Source: Geosiphon pyriformis uo1 (taxonomy: Eukaryota > Fungi > Glomeromycota). Taken from it: 64,000 bases of DNA. The position numbers were made by a program, and so were the translations under genes. The notes beneath the pieces were generated by a model. That model was not told where the DNA came from and did not search any database. It was given only the letters and a program-made list of their open reading frames with translations. The stretch's first letter is position 1; every line of letters starts with the position of its first letter. The stretch lies in contig JAAOMT010000289.1 of the NCBI GenBank assembly GCA_016748015.1, forward strand, positions 631,639 through 695,638, read 5' to 3'. Shown piece after piece: positions 1 through 12,200 of this stretch.

Positions 1-112
1 GTGCTTAGAATTTTTTATCATTATTGTGAAATCATTTTATGTTTCATCTTCACACTTCGCTAATACATGCCTATGCACATCAACACAAGCTAAAGATTGT
101 AAAATGTCAAGA

Positions 113-875
113 CTACATTTTTATCTTAAAATTTTTTATAAGGATAAACGCATGCTATGACCTTTCCACTTCGAAATTAAGCGCAGAAACAATGAGTGGC
201 TCTATTCACACAAGTTTACACCTGATGGCAAACTTATATAGTTTCGACAAAACAACGAATGGACGTTTTCCTAGGTCTATGAGGTGCAAAGACAAGTCCG
301 TGAAACCCAAGTGGAAAGCTCCATCCATGTGATCCCGGCATTTCCATACCCTTCATTTGGTATTCCCTCTCTGAAGGTGTGGTAGAATAAGCTCCGGTGA
401 CATATGGGGTGCCTTATTTCCAAAAACATCAAATAGGCTGTCTACTTTAAAGCATAAGAAATGCAGTGCCCAGTGACTCGACAGACCAGTCTCACACATA
501 CGACAGAGGATAAAGCGCCTGCGATTGTGTTCTTCACTCGCGAATCTGAAGTAATTCTTATTCCGCCTTTTGAGATATTAAACATAACAAATCGTAATAC
601 GAGGAAATTACTGGAAAGATTTTTGGAAAGTGCTCTGCTAGGTGGATTACCATTTCTGTCGACACCTGATCGCCAAGAAGTTGGGAGTTCGTGTTGCCGT
701 CCAAAATGAGGCCTATACATCTAAGGCTTGTAGCTGGTGTGGTAAAATAAAAAGTGTCGGAGAGTTGAAGTGTACGACTGCCGGAATTGCGGGGCTTTAA
801 TGGTTTGGTGCTCTGGGGATCCTCTTCCGCGCATTTCTTCATAAGTCTGGATCCTCTACTAAAAGTTATGCAGAA
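113..875 (+). pseudogene. Degenerate Fanzor2/IS607-TnpB-like RNA-guided nuclease (RuvC + zinc finger C-terminal half); probably continues to or beyond the window's 5' edge
   Basis: Manual translation across at least 5 frame changes gives colinear motifs: CDPGI (RuvC-I Asp codon at 331), FTRESEVILIPPFE (~533-574), KVLC*VDYHFCRHLIAKKLGVRVAVQNEAYTSKACSWCGKI (~630-750), VYDCRNCGAL (770-799) and GALGILFRAFL (807-839). The DRD-x-N of RuvC-III is missing. Confidence 0.85.
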
Positions 876-1319
876 AATAATAGTCTTTACTTAGCAATAC
901 TTAATACTACTTATTGTTGATGTGTGATATTTCGTCCAATTATATGGTATATAAAATCATGATTGTAGTGTTATATATGAATGCAATGATTGAACAATGA
1001 TGGGGTTTTTGATTTTTAAAACAAAACACATAATCAAAAATAAATTAATAAATTTAGTTTTATAATCGAATATTTTTATTATTATCAATTATAAGGGTAG
1101 ACTTATCACGTGTTATAAGGTTGCACTGATCAACACTGGTGTTTGTGGTGGACCTCGAGCTAGAAAAATATAATGCATCCTGGAAGGCTATAAGCCACAG
1201 CTTCTGAAACCTTGGAAACCAAGAGCAAAAGGACTATTAAATTGCCAAAGTTTCGTGATTAAGGCCACTGAAAAACTTGTATGAATAACTGCGCTAAACA
1301 CAACTAACAAGCGGACGAT

Positions 1320-4230
1320 ATGGAGCACCAGGCAAAAGCTCTTAAACAGTGTGATGTACAACCTAACAAGCAAAACTTTAAAGAATTACGTAACGACTGG
1401 GAGCTTGACTTGGACATGTCTCAAGAGGACAACAAGGAAAGTGTTGAAATAGGAACAGTAAAGCCGGAAGGGAAGTCGCAAACCCTTTCTCTTAATTTAC
1501 CAGGAAATGAAACGCGAAAGGAGACATCCGAGGGCCAAAGTATTGCTAATGAATCTGGGGTTGACAAACCTCAAGAACAAATTGCCACAGCTGGCACATC
1601 AGCTTCCGAGGAAGAAAATGTTCGCGTATTTGTTGGTAGCCTTGCTTGGGAGGTTAATGACTGGGACTTAGAACGAAGATTTTCTGATTTCGGCAAAGTC
1701 AGGGAAGCGGTCGTCGTCAGGGATAAATCCAACGGTATGCTGCTAGTGTCTGAAATGCTATTGATTGCATGGTGATTTCTATTGTATTTTGTTGCAAGGT
1801 TTTATAGATACCTTTTGTATATTTCCTGTTTAATCAAAATGATAAGGGTTCAGTAAAGGCTATGGGTTTGTAACATATTTTGAACATGAATCTGCAGCTA
1901 AAGCCGTTCAATCAATGGTTAACGAAAGCATTGGTGGTCGTCCTGTACGTATTGAATACGCTGAGGTGAGATATAGACCACGAAGGCGAGAAAGCGATTC
2001 CGGGCGAGCAAGTGAAAATCGAGAGTTTTCTGTTCGAAGTCGGAATGGTGAAGGTGATCATATTCGTGAATATGATCGTCAAAGCTGGTGTGGAAAGGAT
2101 GGATTTTCTTCAAGAAAGGAGCAGGAATCAGATACCCATTCTACAAAGGGTGAACGTTATTATGATGATCATGCGCGAACAGAGTTTCCCTTTAAAAGAC
2201 TTCGTTCTCGGGAACTACTTGATGATGTGCGCGAAGGGTCATCCTTAACTATAGAGAGTATCCAAGAAGACGAGCTGGCACTTCATGACTACAAATTTTC
2301 AACCCGTGATCGTGTGCACAATAAAGAACCTGAATTAATTTCTTATTCTGCAGGCAAAGACCAATCGGATGGAAAAGAGCATAACCATGAGATCTCTTTC
2401 TCACCAAGAGATCGCTTCAATCAATACAACCATGGACGTGATGAATACTCTAGCCCAGAAAAAATTACATGTGAACATCCTCAAACTCTAAATGACAAAC
2501 AGCAGGAAAAAGAAGGTGCCCAAGAGTTCAATGATGAAGTTCAAACAGTGCCCGCAATTAATTGTCATCATCAGAAAGAAGGTACTACCGAACTGAAAAT
2601 CAACGAAAGCTATGAGCAAAAAGGTCTTAACAGTGGTAATATTACTGAATCTTTGACTCCAACTCATTCCCGTAATACGGCACCACAGATTCACAGTCAA
2701 TTATTGCGGCAACAAAAAACTTCAGAAATGCGTAATGATATTGAACCATCATGGTACTCATCATCGAAAATAGGTCAAAATAGAGAAACTTATATAGGTG
2801 CCCGAAATGCAGAATATGAGAGAAGCCGAGGCCGTAATCATGATTATAGAACTCGAGCTCGAAATTTTGAACGGGAATGGGAACGTGCACGTGAGAGAGA
2901 ATTATGGGTACGTGAAAGAGAGAGCGAGCGTGAGAGACTGAGGCAGCTAAAAGAAAAAGAACGCGAGCGCGAAAGAGAACGGGACAAAGCGCGTCTTAGA
3001 GAGAGAGAATTTTTGGAACGTCAACGTATTCATGATATTAGATATTCTGAATTTGAGAGAGAATCAGATCGTTTCCGCGGATTGTATTCTGATCATGGAA
3101 AAATGCCCGAAGAATCTCGAGTATCTTATCATGATCACGGAAGACAGCTTAATCGTGTTCGTACCCCTCATCTTGATTATCCAAGGGTCAGCGAATATCG
3201 AGCAAGAGAAGCTATTGAACGTGATCGTGCTCGAGAGTATGATATGCGTGGGCGCGAACATTATCGTGCTTTTGAAATTGATCCATACCGTCGCCCTTCA
3301 CCAGTACCTTATAATAGCTCATCATATAGAGAGATGGGAAGCAAACGCCTTCCATTTGAGCATTTTCAATCAAGTATAACTCGTTCATCGAGAAGATCGA
3401 TTTCTCCTCGTCGTAATATAAAAAGATCAATATCACCTCGTGCACGTTATCCTATTAGAAAATCATCATCTCCTGGACGTCCATTGTCTATTCCTATATC
3501 TAAAGCACGATACGAACGAGATATGGGATATGCTGTTGGCCATTATCATCACTCTGAGGCTCATCGAAATCATCAATATGATTCTTTTCAAGCTTATAGC
3601 TATCGTAATGATCGCTATATATCTTCTTCGTTTAGGCATTCTAGTCCTTCACAATATAAATTATTTGATGATAATATTCAAATTTCATCAACAAGCACTT
3701 TAAGCCCTGAATCTTATAGGCCAGTACGGGGGCGCGATGAAAGGTCCAATAAGCACTGGGAATCAAACTTGCGAGAATTACAACCAGAATTGGATTTGAA
3801 CCATAGTAATGGGAGCACAAGTACAATCGTTGCTAGTTCAAATGGAGGTGCTTATGACCCTATTGTCGAGCACACACGAGATGCAGGCCATGCACGCGAA
3901 GAAGAACGATTTTGGGAATTAAATACAGAAACCAAAAGAGACACAATCGAACATGAGATTTCTTCCATCGACTTGGCTAAGCTTTCTAACACTCGAAATG
4001 GAGAAAGATATCGGAATCATGAATCTAATGCTGGCAAAAAAAATCGAGATACTGACCGAGATCATCGGAAGAGTGCGGCTTATTCTGGCGGGGCCCACAG
4101 CCAAGCACATGACCGGGAAAGGCACAACATGCACTTAGAGATGAGGGATGGTGACCAATCAGTGGATTTCAATGCAAAGCACAAAGCTGATGCACAAAAT
4201 AGGAAAGCTGAATATCAGAAGGACTTATGA
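1320..4230 (+). CDS. RRM RNA-binding protein with a long Arg/Glu-rich and RS-like low-complexity tail (splicing-factor-like)
   Basis: Exon 1320-1734 has RNP2 VFVGSL. GT-AG intron 1735-1846. Exon 2 restores RNP1 (KGYGFVTY) in frame with ORF 1915-4230, which has RERERE and RRSISP repeats. The start codon is uncertain. Confidence 0.85.
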
Positions 4231-5672
4231 GGCAACATATTAGAGAGATTCATGTGGACTTGTGGATTTTCCCTTGCATTTTAATTTTTTTCTGGTTCTC
4301 TCCCTTCGAGAACAACTTACAACGGATCGATCTTTTATAATGTCTATACATAATGAAAGATATATTCAAACCTTAGGTGATCTGTTGTGAACCTTCACTC
4401 CTATCTCATATTACATCTATTTGATTTTGCTTTTCCTTTTGGAAGAAATTCATTAGAATATTTGTGTATTTATAGATTGCAAAGGAATGAAAGTTGAGAA
4501 ATAAAAATAAGCTTTTTTAGCACAAATTTTAAGTTTTATCACATAATCACTTCAAGATTATTTTTGATGGCGATTCAGAATATTTGCATTATCTTTGGAA
4601 AGAACAGATCATATTTTTTTATATTGGAATAGTGAGATGTAATAATATTTCAAGATCGACTTCATATGTTAAATTCGAGTATGTTTTTCATGTCGAAAAC
4701 GTAACAGCAAGGAATGGCCATTTATCCCATCAATTGAACTCGGTGTATTATGTACTCGTGGTGACATCAATTTTAACCTCACTGATGGTAAAAGTATCTC
4801 AAAGTTCATATTCTAAGGGTTATGGCCGCTCGCGAGTTACATTCCCGGTGAAGGTTCTTCCTCGAGCCGTTCAATCAAGCAGGGACGCCAGCGAAGCCTC
4901 AGGCCCCGCAACATGGTTACGGTAGTTAATTTGAAGCTTAAGCAGTCTCCGATCTTATTGACATTTAGATTGTAGGATTTAATTACTTAGGTTCTCAAAG
5001 GACCTTTGATTACGACAACGGTTTGTCAGTTGATCTCTCTAACCCCAGAGAACTTAGACTATACTCGGGCTTCCAAAGAACTTGGTAAAGGGAACCCCGA
5101 TACAAAAAGAGCAAATATAGCTGAAATAGTAGATAATACGATCGGCGGGATAAAGTTTAATGTATAAAAAATGCTTTCAGAAAATTGCAAAATAAAATTA
5201 GATATAGATAATGTGTTTGATACTTTTCCTAAAAGATGAGACTCGGTATTCTCCTTGGATCTGAATACCTCAATCTTCCATCTGAAACCAAATGTCAAAA
5301 AGAGGAATATTTGGATGGTGATACAAGTGATAATAACAGGCAGTGATAGTAGATATCTCTTTAGTGTTTACACAAGAATATTTCCCTTTCAATATTCATC
5401 AGGAATATACCTATAATTGAACCATGATCTATTCCTTTTGTTAAATTTCTTTTTTTACCGCTTTTTGCTTTCATTTGAGGTTTTATTCTGTGATTTGCAA
5501 TTGGTTTCGATTCTTGTTTAAAAATAGATTGAACATAAAGATTATAATGAAACATAAAGAAGATTCCTGGTTTACTATACTACTTAGCTGCAATAACTCT
5601 TCGTTTCTTGAGTTAACTTTTAAGAAGATCCGAGGGCTGAGGAACCTTCTATCTTAACTAGTAATATTTCGA

Positions 5673-6721
5673 TCACTTCTTATTTCCTTTATCTTTTCCC
5701 CAATTTGCTAATGCACTTGATATATCTGGAAGTTGTTCCAGGGGATTTGTTGGTTGGCTTTTTTGCATTTGTTCTAATTCCTCAGGATCTAAAAATCAAA
5801 TCGAATCAAATAAGCGAATGGATGAAATAAGAAATTTGAAAGAATGAATGTTGTGTACTTGATCTTACCAATGTTAGCCATCATCTTGGGCATTACGAAC
5901 AGCATTAATACGCTGACTCCCATCATTATTAGCAATGGATTGGCGAAGATGCTAGCAATACTAAATCCTTCACGTATCTAAAAAATTAAAAAAGTTTTGT
6001 TTGGATAATGGTTATAGTCATAAATCCACACCTTAGCTATAATCTGACAACATAATACCACAAAGTAATCAGCTGTAGCTCTTGGGGTCAATTCCAAAGG
6101 ATATGGTACCGCTGGTCCTAAGGTTCCCCATTCGAATCCAGGCATTGTGACAAATGGGGTTATTTCTATCTCACTTACATCAACTCTTAACTATAGATAA
6201 CAGATAGTAAACAATTTAATAAAAGCAAAAATTCAGCCGAATTCGGGCTCTCACCTTTGGATAAATATATTTCCGTGATAATACTTCTAGAAGATATGAC
6301 CCGGATGGAACGTCTTCACTACAACAAACAATTATATAAGAGAACATGAAACTCATTTTGAATTTTAAAAAAACCAGACACATACAAAGTGAATTTGCCG
6401 TCTTTTCGCGCCAGAGCTGAATAAATTTTTCGCCCATATAACACTATTTTTGTGTTTATTTCGACATCTGAGAGATCTAAAAACATAGGAAATTTTAGAG
6501 ATCAAATGCAAGCTATAAAAGAAACTAGGGATTGAATAATTTACCTTGTAAAATAGGATTCGTAATCAAATGTCCCTCGATTTTAAATGTATTTGTCCCG
6601 ATCGCAACGGAAATGCTAAAAGAAAGAGTAAACTAAAGTTAAAAGAGGGAAAAATAAAAAATAATAGACTTACTTACTTGAATATAGCTAGTAAGAAAAG
6701 ATATAAAAGTGGTGAGCGCAT
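5673..6721 (-). CDS. EMC7: ER membrane protein complex subunit 7 (DUF2012 family), 7 exons
   Basis: Spliced translation: signal peptide MRSPLLYLFLLAIF, then RKDGKFTFEDVPSGSYLLEV, LRVDV, PYPLELTPRATADYF, IREGFSIASIFANP, a TM helix, MPKMMANIDPEELEQMQ, stop at 5673. Confidence 0.88.
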
Positions 6722-6852
6722 TTCGGTAGACAAATTTTTAAGGGAAATAGGATTTGATATTTGTATTTAACAGTAAATGAATTACGAATCATGTGTTCCA
6801 TTTGACGACATAATTCTTGAACTAATTTCTCTTTAAAGAGAATCGCTTCATA
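6722..6852. promoter_or_regulatory. Very short divergent intergenic region (putative bidirectional promoter) between EMC7 and AP-3 sigma
   Basis: Only ~131 bp separate the two outward-facing ATGs (6721 on minus, 6853 on plus). Confidence 0.6.
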
Positions 6853-7913
6853 ATGATCAAGTCTGTACTAATTTTCAATAATCATGGAAAACCTCGTCTC
6901 ACAAAGTTCTATCAGCAAATAGTACGTATATCTCTGCGCATTTAGGAACCACTTGGTGGCGAAATAAATTCAACGATTGTTTCTGCATTCTGCAATTCTT
7001 AGTCACGCAAGTTTTTCCAAAAAAAATAACAGGATATCGCAACACAACAAGCACTCGTCCAAGAAATTTTTTTACTAGTTTCAAAACGTCCGGATACAGT
7101 CTGTAACTTCCTGGAGGGAAGTCAAATGCTAGGTGGCAAGGATACACGTATAATTTATCGTCACTATGCCACTCTATATTTTGTATTTGTTGTCGATGAG
7201 GCTGAAAGTGAGTTGGGTATTCTTGATCTAATTCAGGTTCGTTACTATGTCTTCAAGTTTATCGATTGGTCATTAAAATAATAACGTCGATTTGGTTGAA
7301 TTCAAGGTTTTTGTAGAAAGCTTAGATCGATGTTTTGAAAACGTTTGCGAACTTGATCTGGTAATATATCTTCCGATTTTCGATTTTCACATAAAATTTC
7401 TTCAATATTAAAATTCTATATCATCCAAAACTGGCCCAGATTTTCCATTTTGAAGAGGTATATCTGTCTCTTTCAAAAATTGGTTATTTTTACCACAACA
7501 AGCTTTAGTTTTTCCGACTTAATTTGCCTGCCTTTCAAGGTTCATAATATCCTATCGGAAGTAGTATCTGGTGGAATGGTGAGCATACTTTACATGCATC
7601 GACAAGGTGTCTCCTTGAATATTTATCGATTTAATTTACGTAGGTCCTTGAAACAAATCTTACCGAGATCGTATCATCAGTCAATGAAGCCAGTAAGCTC
7701 AAGAAACGCTCGGGCACAATGGGAGGTATCGCCGGTAGTGGCGCCGGTGCAGTTGCCCGTGATCTTGGCGCAAATTTTGCAAGTACTGTGACTACGAGTT
7801 TGCAGAGTACAGTACGACATTTTGGAGGTCTGGGTTTTAGAAATAAAGAGGATAATTCCAAGGAGGATAAAAGAAGTTGGGAAGGTGGAGAAAAAAGAAT
7901 GATGGAGTACTGA
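6853..7913 (+). CDS. APS3: AP-3 adaptor complex sigma subunit, multi-exon
   Basis: Spliced: MIKSVLIFNNHGKPRLTKFYQQI / ...VSKRPDTVCNFLEG...IIYRHYATLYFVFVVDEAESELGILDLIQ / VFVESLDRCFENVCELDL / IFHFEE / VHNILSEVVSGGM / VLETNLTEIV...MMEY*. Confidence 0.95.
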
Positions 7914-8772
7914 GACGCATTTTTAAACATTATCTTTTCTCATGAAAAGATACGGGATACAGTAATTTTTTGGAAATGATAGTCAGCTAGGAACATTTTG
8001 ATACCTTTTAACCAGGAGGCAACAAGAAATTTATTTCAAACCGATCCAGAATCCCCAAAACCCTCCTTTTGATAAAAATTCTTCATGTTATATATTGTAC
8101 ATGTTCAAGAATCAAAATATCCAGTAAATAGATAGGGCCTAGTTTCCATACTAGGTTTCCAAGTTTTGAGGCTAGCTAAAAAATTACCTTTTATCAACTT
8201 TCATTCGGTTCTTTTTTTTTTTACATAGATAGATTTTCTGTGCTGCGTTAACATATTGATTTCACAAGACTAAACAAATATCTTTGCATATTTTGAGAAC
8301 ATAAATACAGGTAATATTTCAAGAATTAGCATATTTTTATTTTATTGATAAATTTAAAATTTTATCTTTTAATAATAATAATTTATTTATTAATTTGATT
8401 ATTTAATGCTATAATTACAGATAAAATAATAATTATTAATTAACAATACATTTTGGTTAAATTTTGTTAGTTTTAAAATAAAACAAATTAACAGGCCTTT
8501 AAATTAATTAAAAGAAACTTTTTGGTTAAAATAAATTAATTATATTAAAAAAACCATAAATCTCATAAATAATATTAAACTCGAATTTAAAAAAATTATA
8601 AATTAGTTATAAAAAATAATAATAATAATAATAAGTTTTATTAAAAAAATGCAATTATTTAATATAATAAATACAGAAATTTAAAATAAAAAATTAATTT
8701 ACAAAAAACATCTTAAATAATTGTTTTTTAATTTTATAAATTATGTTCACAATTAAAGCAAAAAATAACAAA

Positions 8773-8806
<34 letters not shown>

Positions 8807-9229
8807 GTTAAAAAGCCAAAAAGTTTTTTAATAAAAATAATTAAACAAAATAATACAAAATTTAAACCAGTTTTGGTTATTTAAAAACATTTTTTCATTA
8901 ATTTTTTTAAAAAACTATGTTAAAATTAATTTTAATATAAAAAAAACTATTTTTTTGGCAATTTTTATATTAATTATTATAATTTAATAAAGTTTTTTAA
9001 AATATAAAAATTTACTAATATAAAAACATTACATAAAAACTGTTTATAATAATTAAAAAACAATTTTATAATTTTAAATACTTAAACATTTTTTTATTTA
9101 TTGTTAAAAATTTTATTTAAAATTAAAATTAAAAAGATATTAATTTTTAATAAAAATACTATTATAAATATTGTTTTTTATAATTTAGTATTATTATATA
9201 ATATATAAATTTAAATAAAAAAAAGTTTT

Positions 9230-12200
9230 TTTCTTGTTGATTTTTTGGTTACAATAAGAACATAAAATTTTTATGAAAAAATGATTTTTTTTATTCTTTT
9301 TTTTTTATATTTTTAGTTATTTTTTTAATATTTTTCTATTTGTAATTATAAAACCAATAGACTTTTTTACTGGTAAGTCTGATTTTAAATCAGCTGGATT
9401 GAAAACTCAATTTAATATTAAGAACAATTATTTTAAAGACATTTATTCATATAATATATTCTATAAGAAGCCAAAAAATTTTGTTGTTAATTACAAAGTT
9501 GTTAAGTTGTTTGCTGGTTTTTTGGATATTAGTAATATAAAAGTTAATAGCTTTGAACTTGTAAAGTTTTGGAATAATAAAATTAATAGTAAAACAAGCA
9601 GTATTAGTGAAATTTCAAACATTGAAAATATAAAAAACACAGTTATTAAAGAAATAAACTATGTAAATTTAAACTTAAAAATAAATAATATAATAAATAA
9701 AACTATATACATTAAGATATATATTTTAAATAACAAATTAAAGAAAAATTTTTTTAATAATTTAAGTAATAATAATAATAATAATAATAATATGTTAATA
9801 TTTTTGAATTCTAAGTTTATTAACTTTAAATAATTGTTATTGGTTAAATTATATGTTTTAAATAAATAAAATTTTAATATAGTAAAATCTTTTATATTGA
9901 ATTTTATGCTTTCTATTATGTTTAAAAAAACTTCTAGTAATAAGTTAATAACAATAAAAAAAATTTTTTATTATATTGATGGTTTTGAAAAAGCATCTAT
10001 TTTTTCAAAATTTCCAGAAATTATTGAATTATTTTTTATGTTAAAATTAAGTCTAAATAAAGCTAAAAATTTGGCTATTAGTAAAAAAATTTTAATAAAT
10101 GCTAATATTAAAAAAGTAAACAGCTGCTCAAATTAAAAAGTAATTGTCAAAAAAATTTTGTTAATCTTTTTAAATTAGCTATAAAATTTGTTTTTTCTAA
10201 ATTTAATAAGATTGTATTAATTAAGATAGTTTATTGGTCTTTGGCAAAAAACTTTAGTAGAATTTGAATTATTTAAGATTGCCAACTTGATTGTAATTAA
10301 GTAGTTAGTACTTATAAGAAAAAATTCTGTTTACATGGCTAAGATTATTAATAATAAATAAACATAAGTGTTTAAGAATTTTTATTGGACTTTGTTATAT
10401 ATATTGTTAATTAACATAAGTGTTTATAATTTTTCTAATTTGTTAATATTTTATAATAAGAAAACTTGTATTATTGGCTATAATCTAAATATATATAGAT
10501 GTAACAAATATATGGTTGTTTGTTTTGCTAATAAAGCTTCAAAAAAAGCTATTATTAATTCTGTTTTAGTCTTTAAAAATATAAGTTTACATTGTGCTGG
10601 CTTATTATTAGTCTGTTATACTCAATATAAACAATTTAATCATACTTTTAATATATATTTAGCTGGTAAAAATTTGGATAATTACAATAAAAAATTGGTT
10701 ACTTTTTAGGATTAAATAAAACTAGCTAACATATATAAAAAAAAACAGATGTTAATTGCTTATTTAATTTTATTTAGTAAAAAAACATAAGCTTAAATTA
10801 CTAAAAATTCTTTTTTTTGTGTGGTTTTTTTGGTTTTTTTTAATACAAATTTATCTTTAAATGCTAAATTTTTTTTGCTGGTATTTTTGGAAATAAATAA
10901 TAGATTTATTATTCTTAAATACAGTCTTATTAGTTTTGCAAAATAAATTAAAAAACTGGCTATGAGATTAGATACATTTAAACCAATGGTTTTTTGTTTA
11001 ATTCAAAATGTAACTTCTTTATTATAAAATTAAAAGATAGATATAATAATAAATAAGAGTTTAAATATAGCTACTAATAATAAGACTATATTAGAAATAA
11101 TGTTTTTTAATCTTTTAGTTATTTTCATGTTAAAAGATAATATAAACAATCTGTTAAAAATAGTGATGAGTATTTTGGCCAAAATAAATAATGTTGATTT
11201 AAATCTAAATAGCCTTATTTCTTAATAACCAATTTTGTTTGAAATTTGTTACATATAATATTAAAAATATTAATGTTTTGGCTAAACAAAAAAATATTGT
11301 TTCTTGGTATTTAAACTTAAAGAATATGAATTTTTATTATTATAAAAATAAAGTTAAGATTTAATATTAAGCTGTAAATTATAAACAAGTTTAATAAAAT
11401 TTGTATTTTTAAATCTGGTTTGAATAAAAGTTTTCTTAGTGTTAATATAATTATTATTATAAATAGTTTTTTGGTTTATTATGTTTCAAAAATGAAAAAA
11501 ATTTTTGGCTAAATTATTTCAGTCTATTTTTTGTTTAGAAGTAAACTTTTAGTTATTGTTTTGGACTTATATACTAATACTTTTGCTAAAATTAAGTTTA
11601 ATTAGACAACAAAAATCAATACTCTTATTATTAAAACAATTAACACTAACTTTTTTGTAATTTTGGATAAAAATTTAATAAAAATAGGTCTAAAAAGAAT
11701 GTAAGTTTCAAGTTTTGTTTAATTTAGATTTGGTTAATTTGTTTAATAAACATTTTTTGGTCAAAACTTCTATTTAAAGCAACTTAATAAGTATTAAAAA
11801 AATTATTGATTACATCTTTGTATATAAAAACTTATTATTTATAATTGCAAGTTATGATATTAACTTTGTGTTTAACTTCTTTAATACTAACTACAAAGTA
11901 GTTATAGTCTTGGTTAGATTGAAAATTTTTTTGAATATTTATTTAAATAATATTTACAAGCAGACTAATAAAAATTATTGGAAATTTAAGTTAAAAAATA
12001 TGAATAAAGCCAAATAAACATGCTTTAAAAATACTTTTTTACTAAGTTTTTAATAATATATAACAGATTTAACAAAGTAAAAAGTCTTGGTAATTTAGAT
12101 ACAATATAGGAGATATTAAAAAGAATTATAATGAATTTGGTTAATAAAATATTTTTTAAATATTAGTTTAATAAATTTAATTGCTTAAAAAACAAGCAGT

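Noticed and set aside
39-842. Short ORFs 39-332(+), 442-720(-), 558-842(-) as host genes
   Set aside because: They are off-frame or antisense shadows of the Fanzor relic. Only part of 461-709(+) is in the true frame.
4584-5560. GC-richer patch (4820-4925) and small ORFs as a gene or snRNA/SRP/RNase MRP
   Set aside because: No conserved ncRNA motif was recognised. Trial splice models gave only short peptides with no recognisable family, so it is left uncalled.
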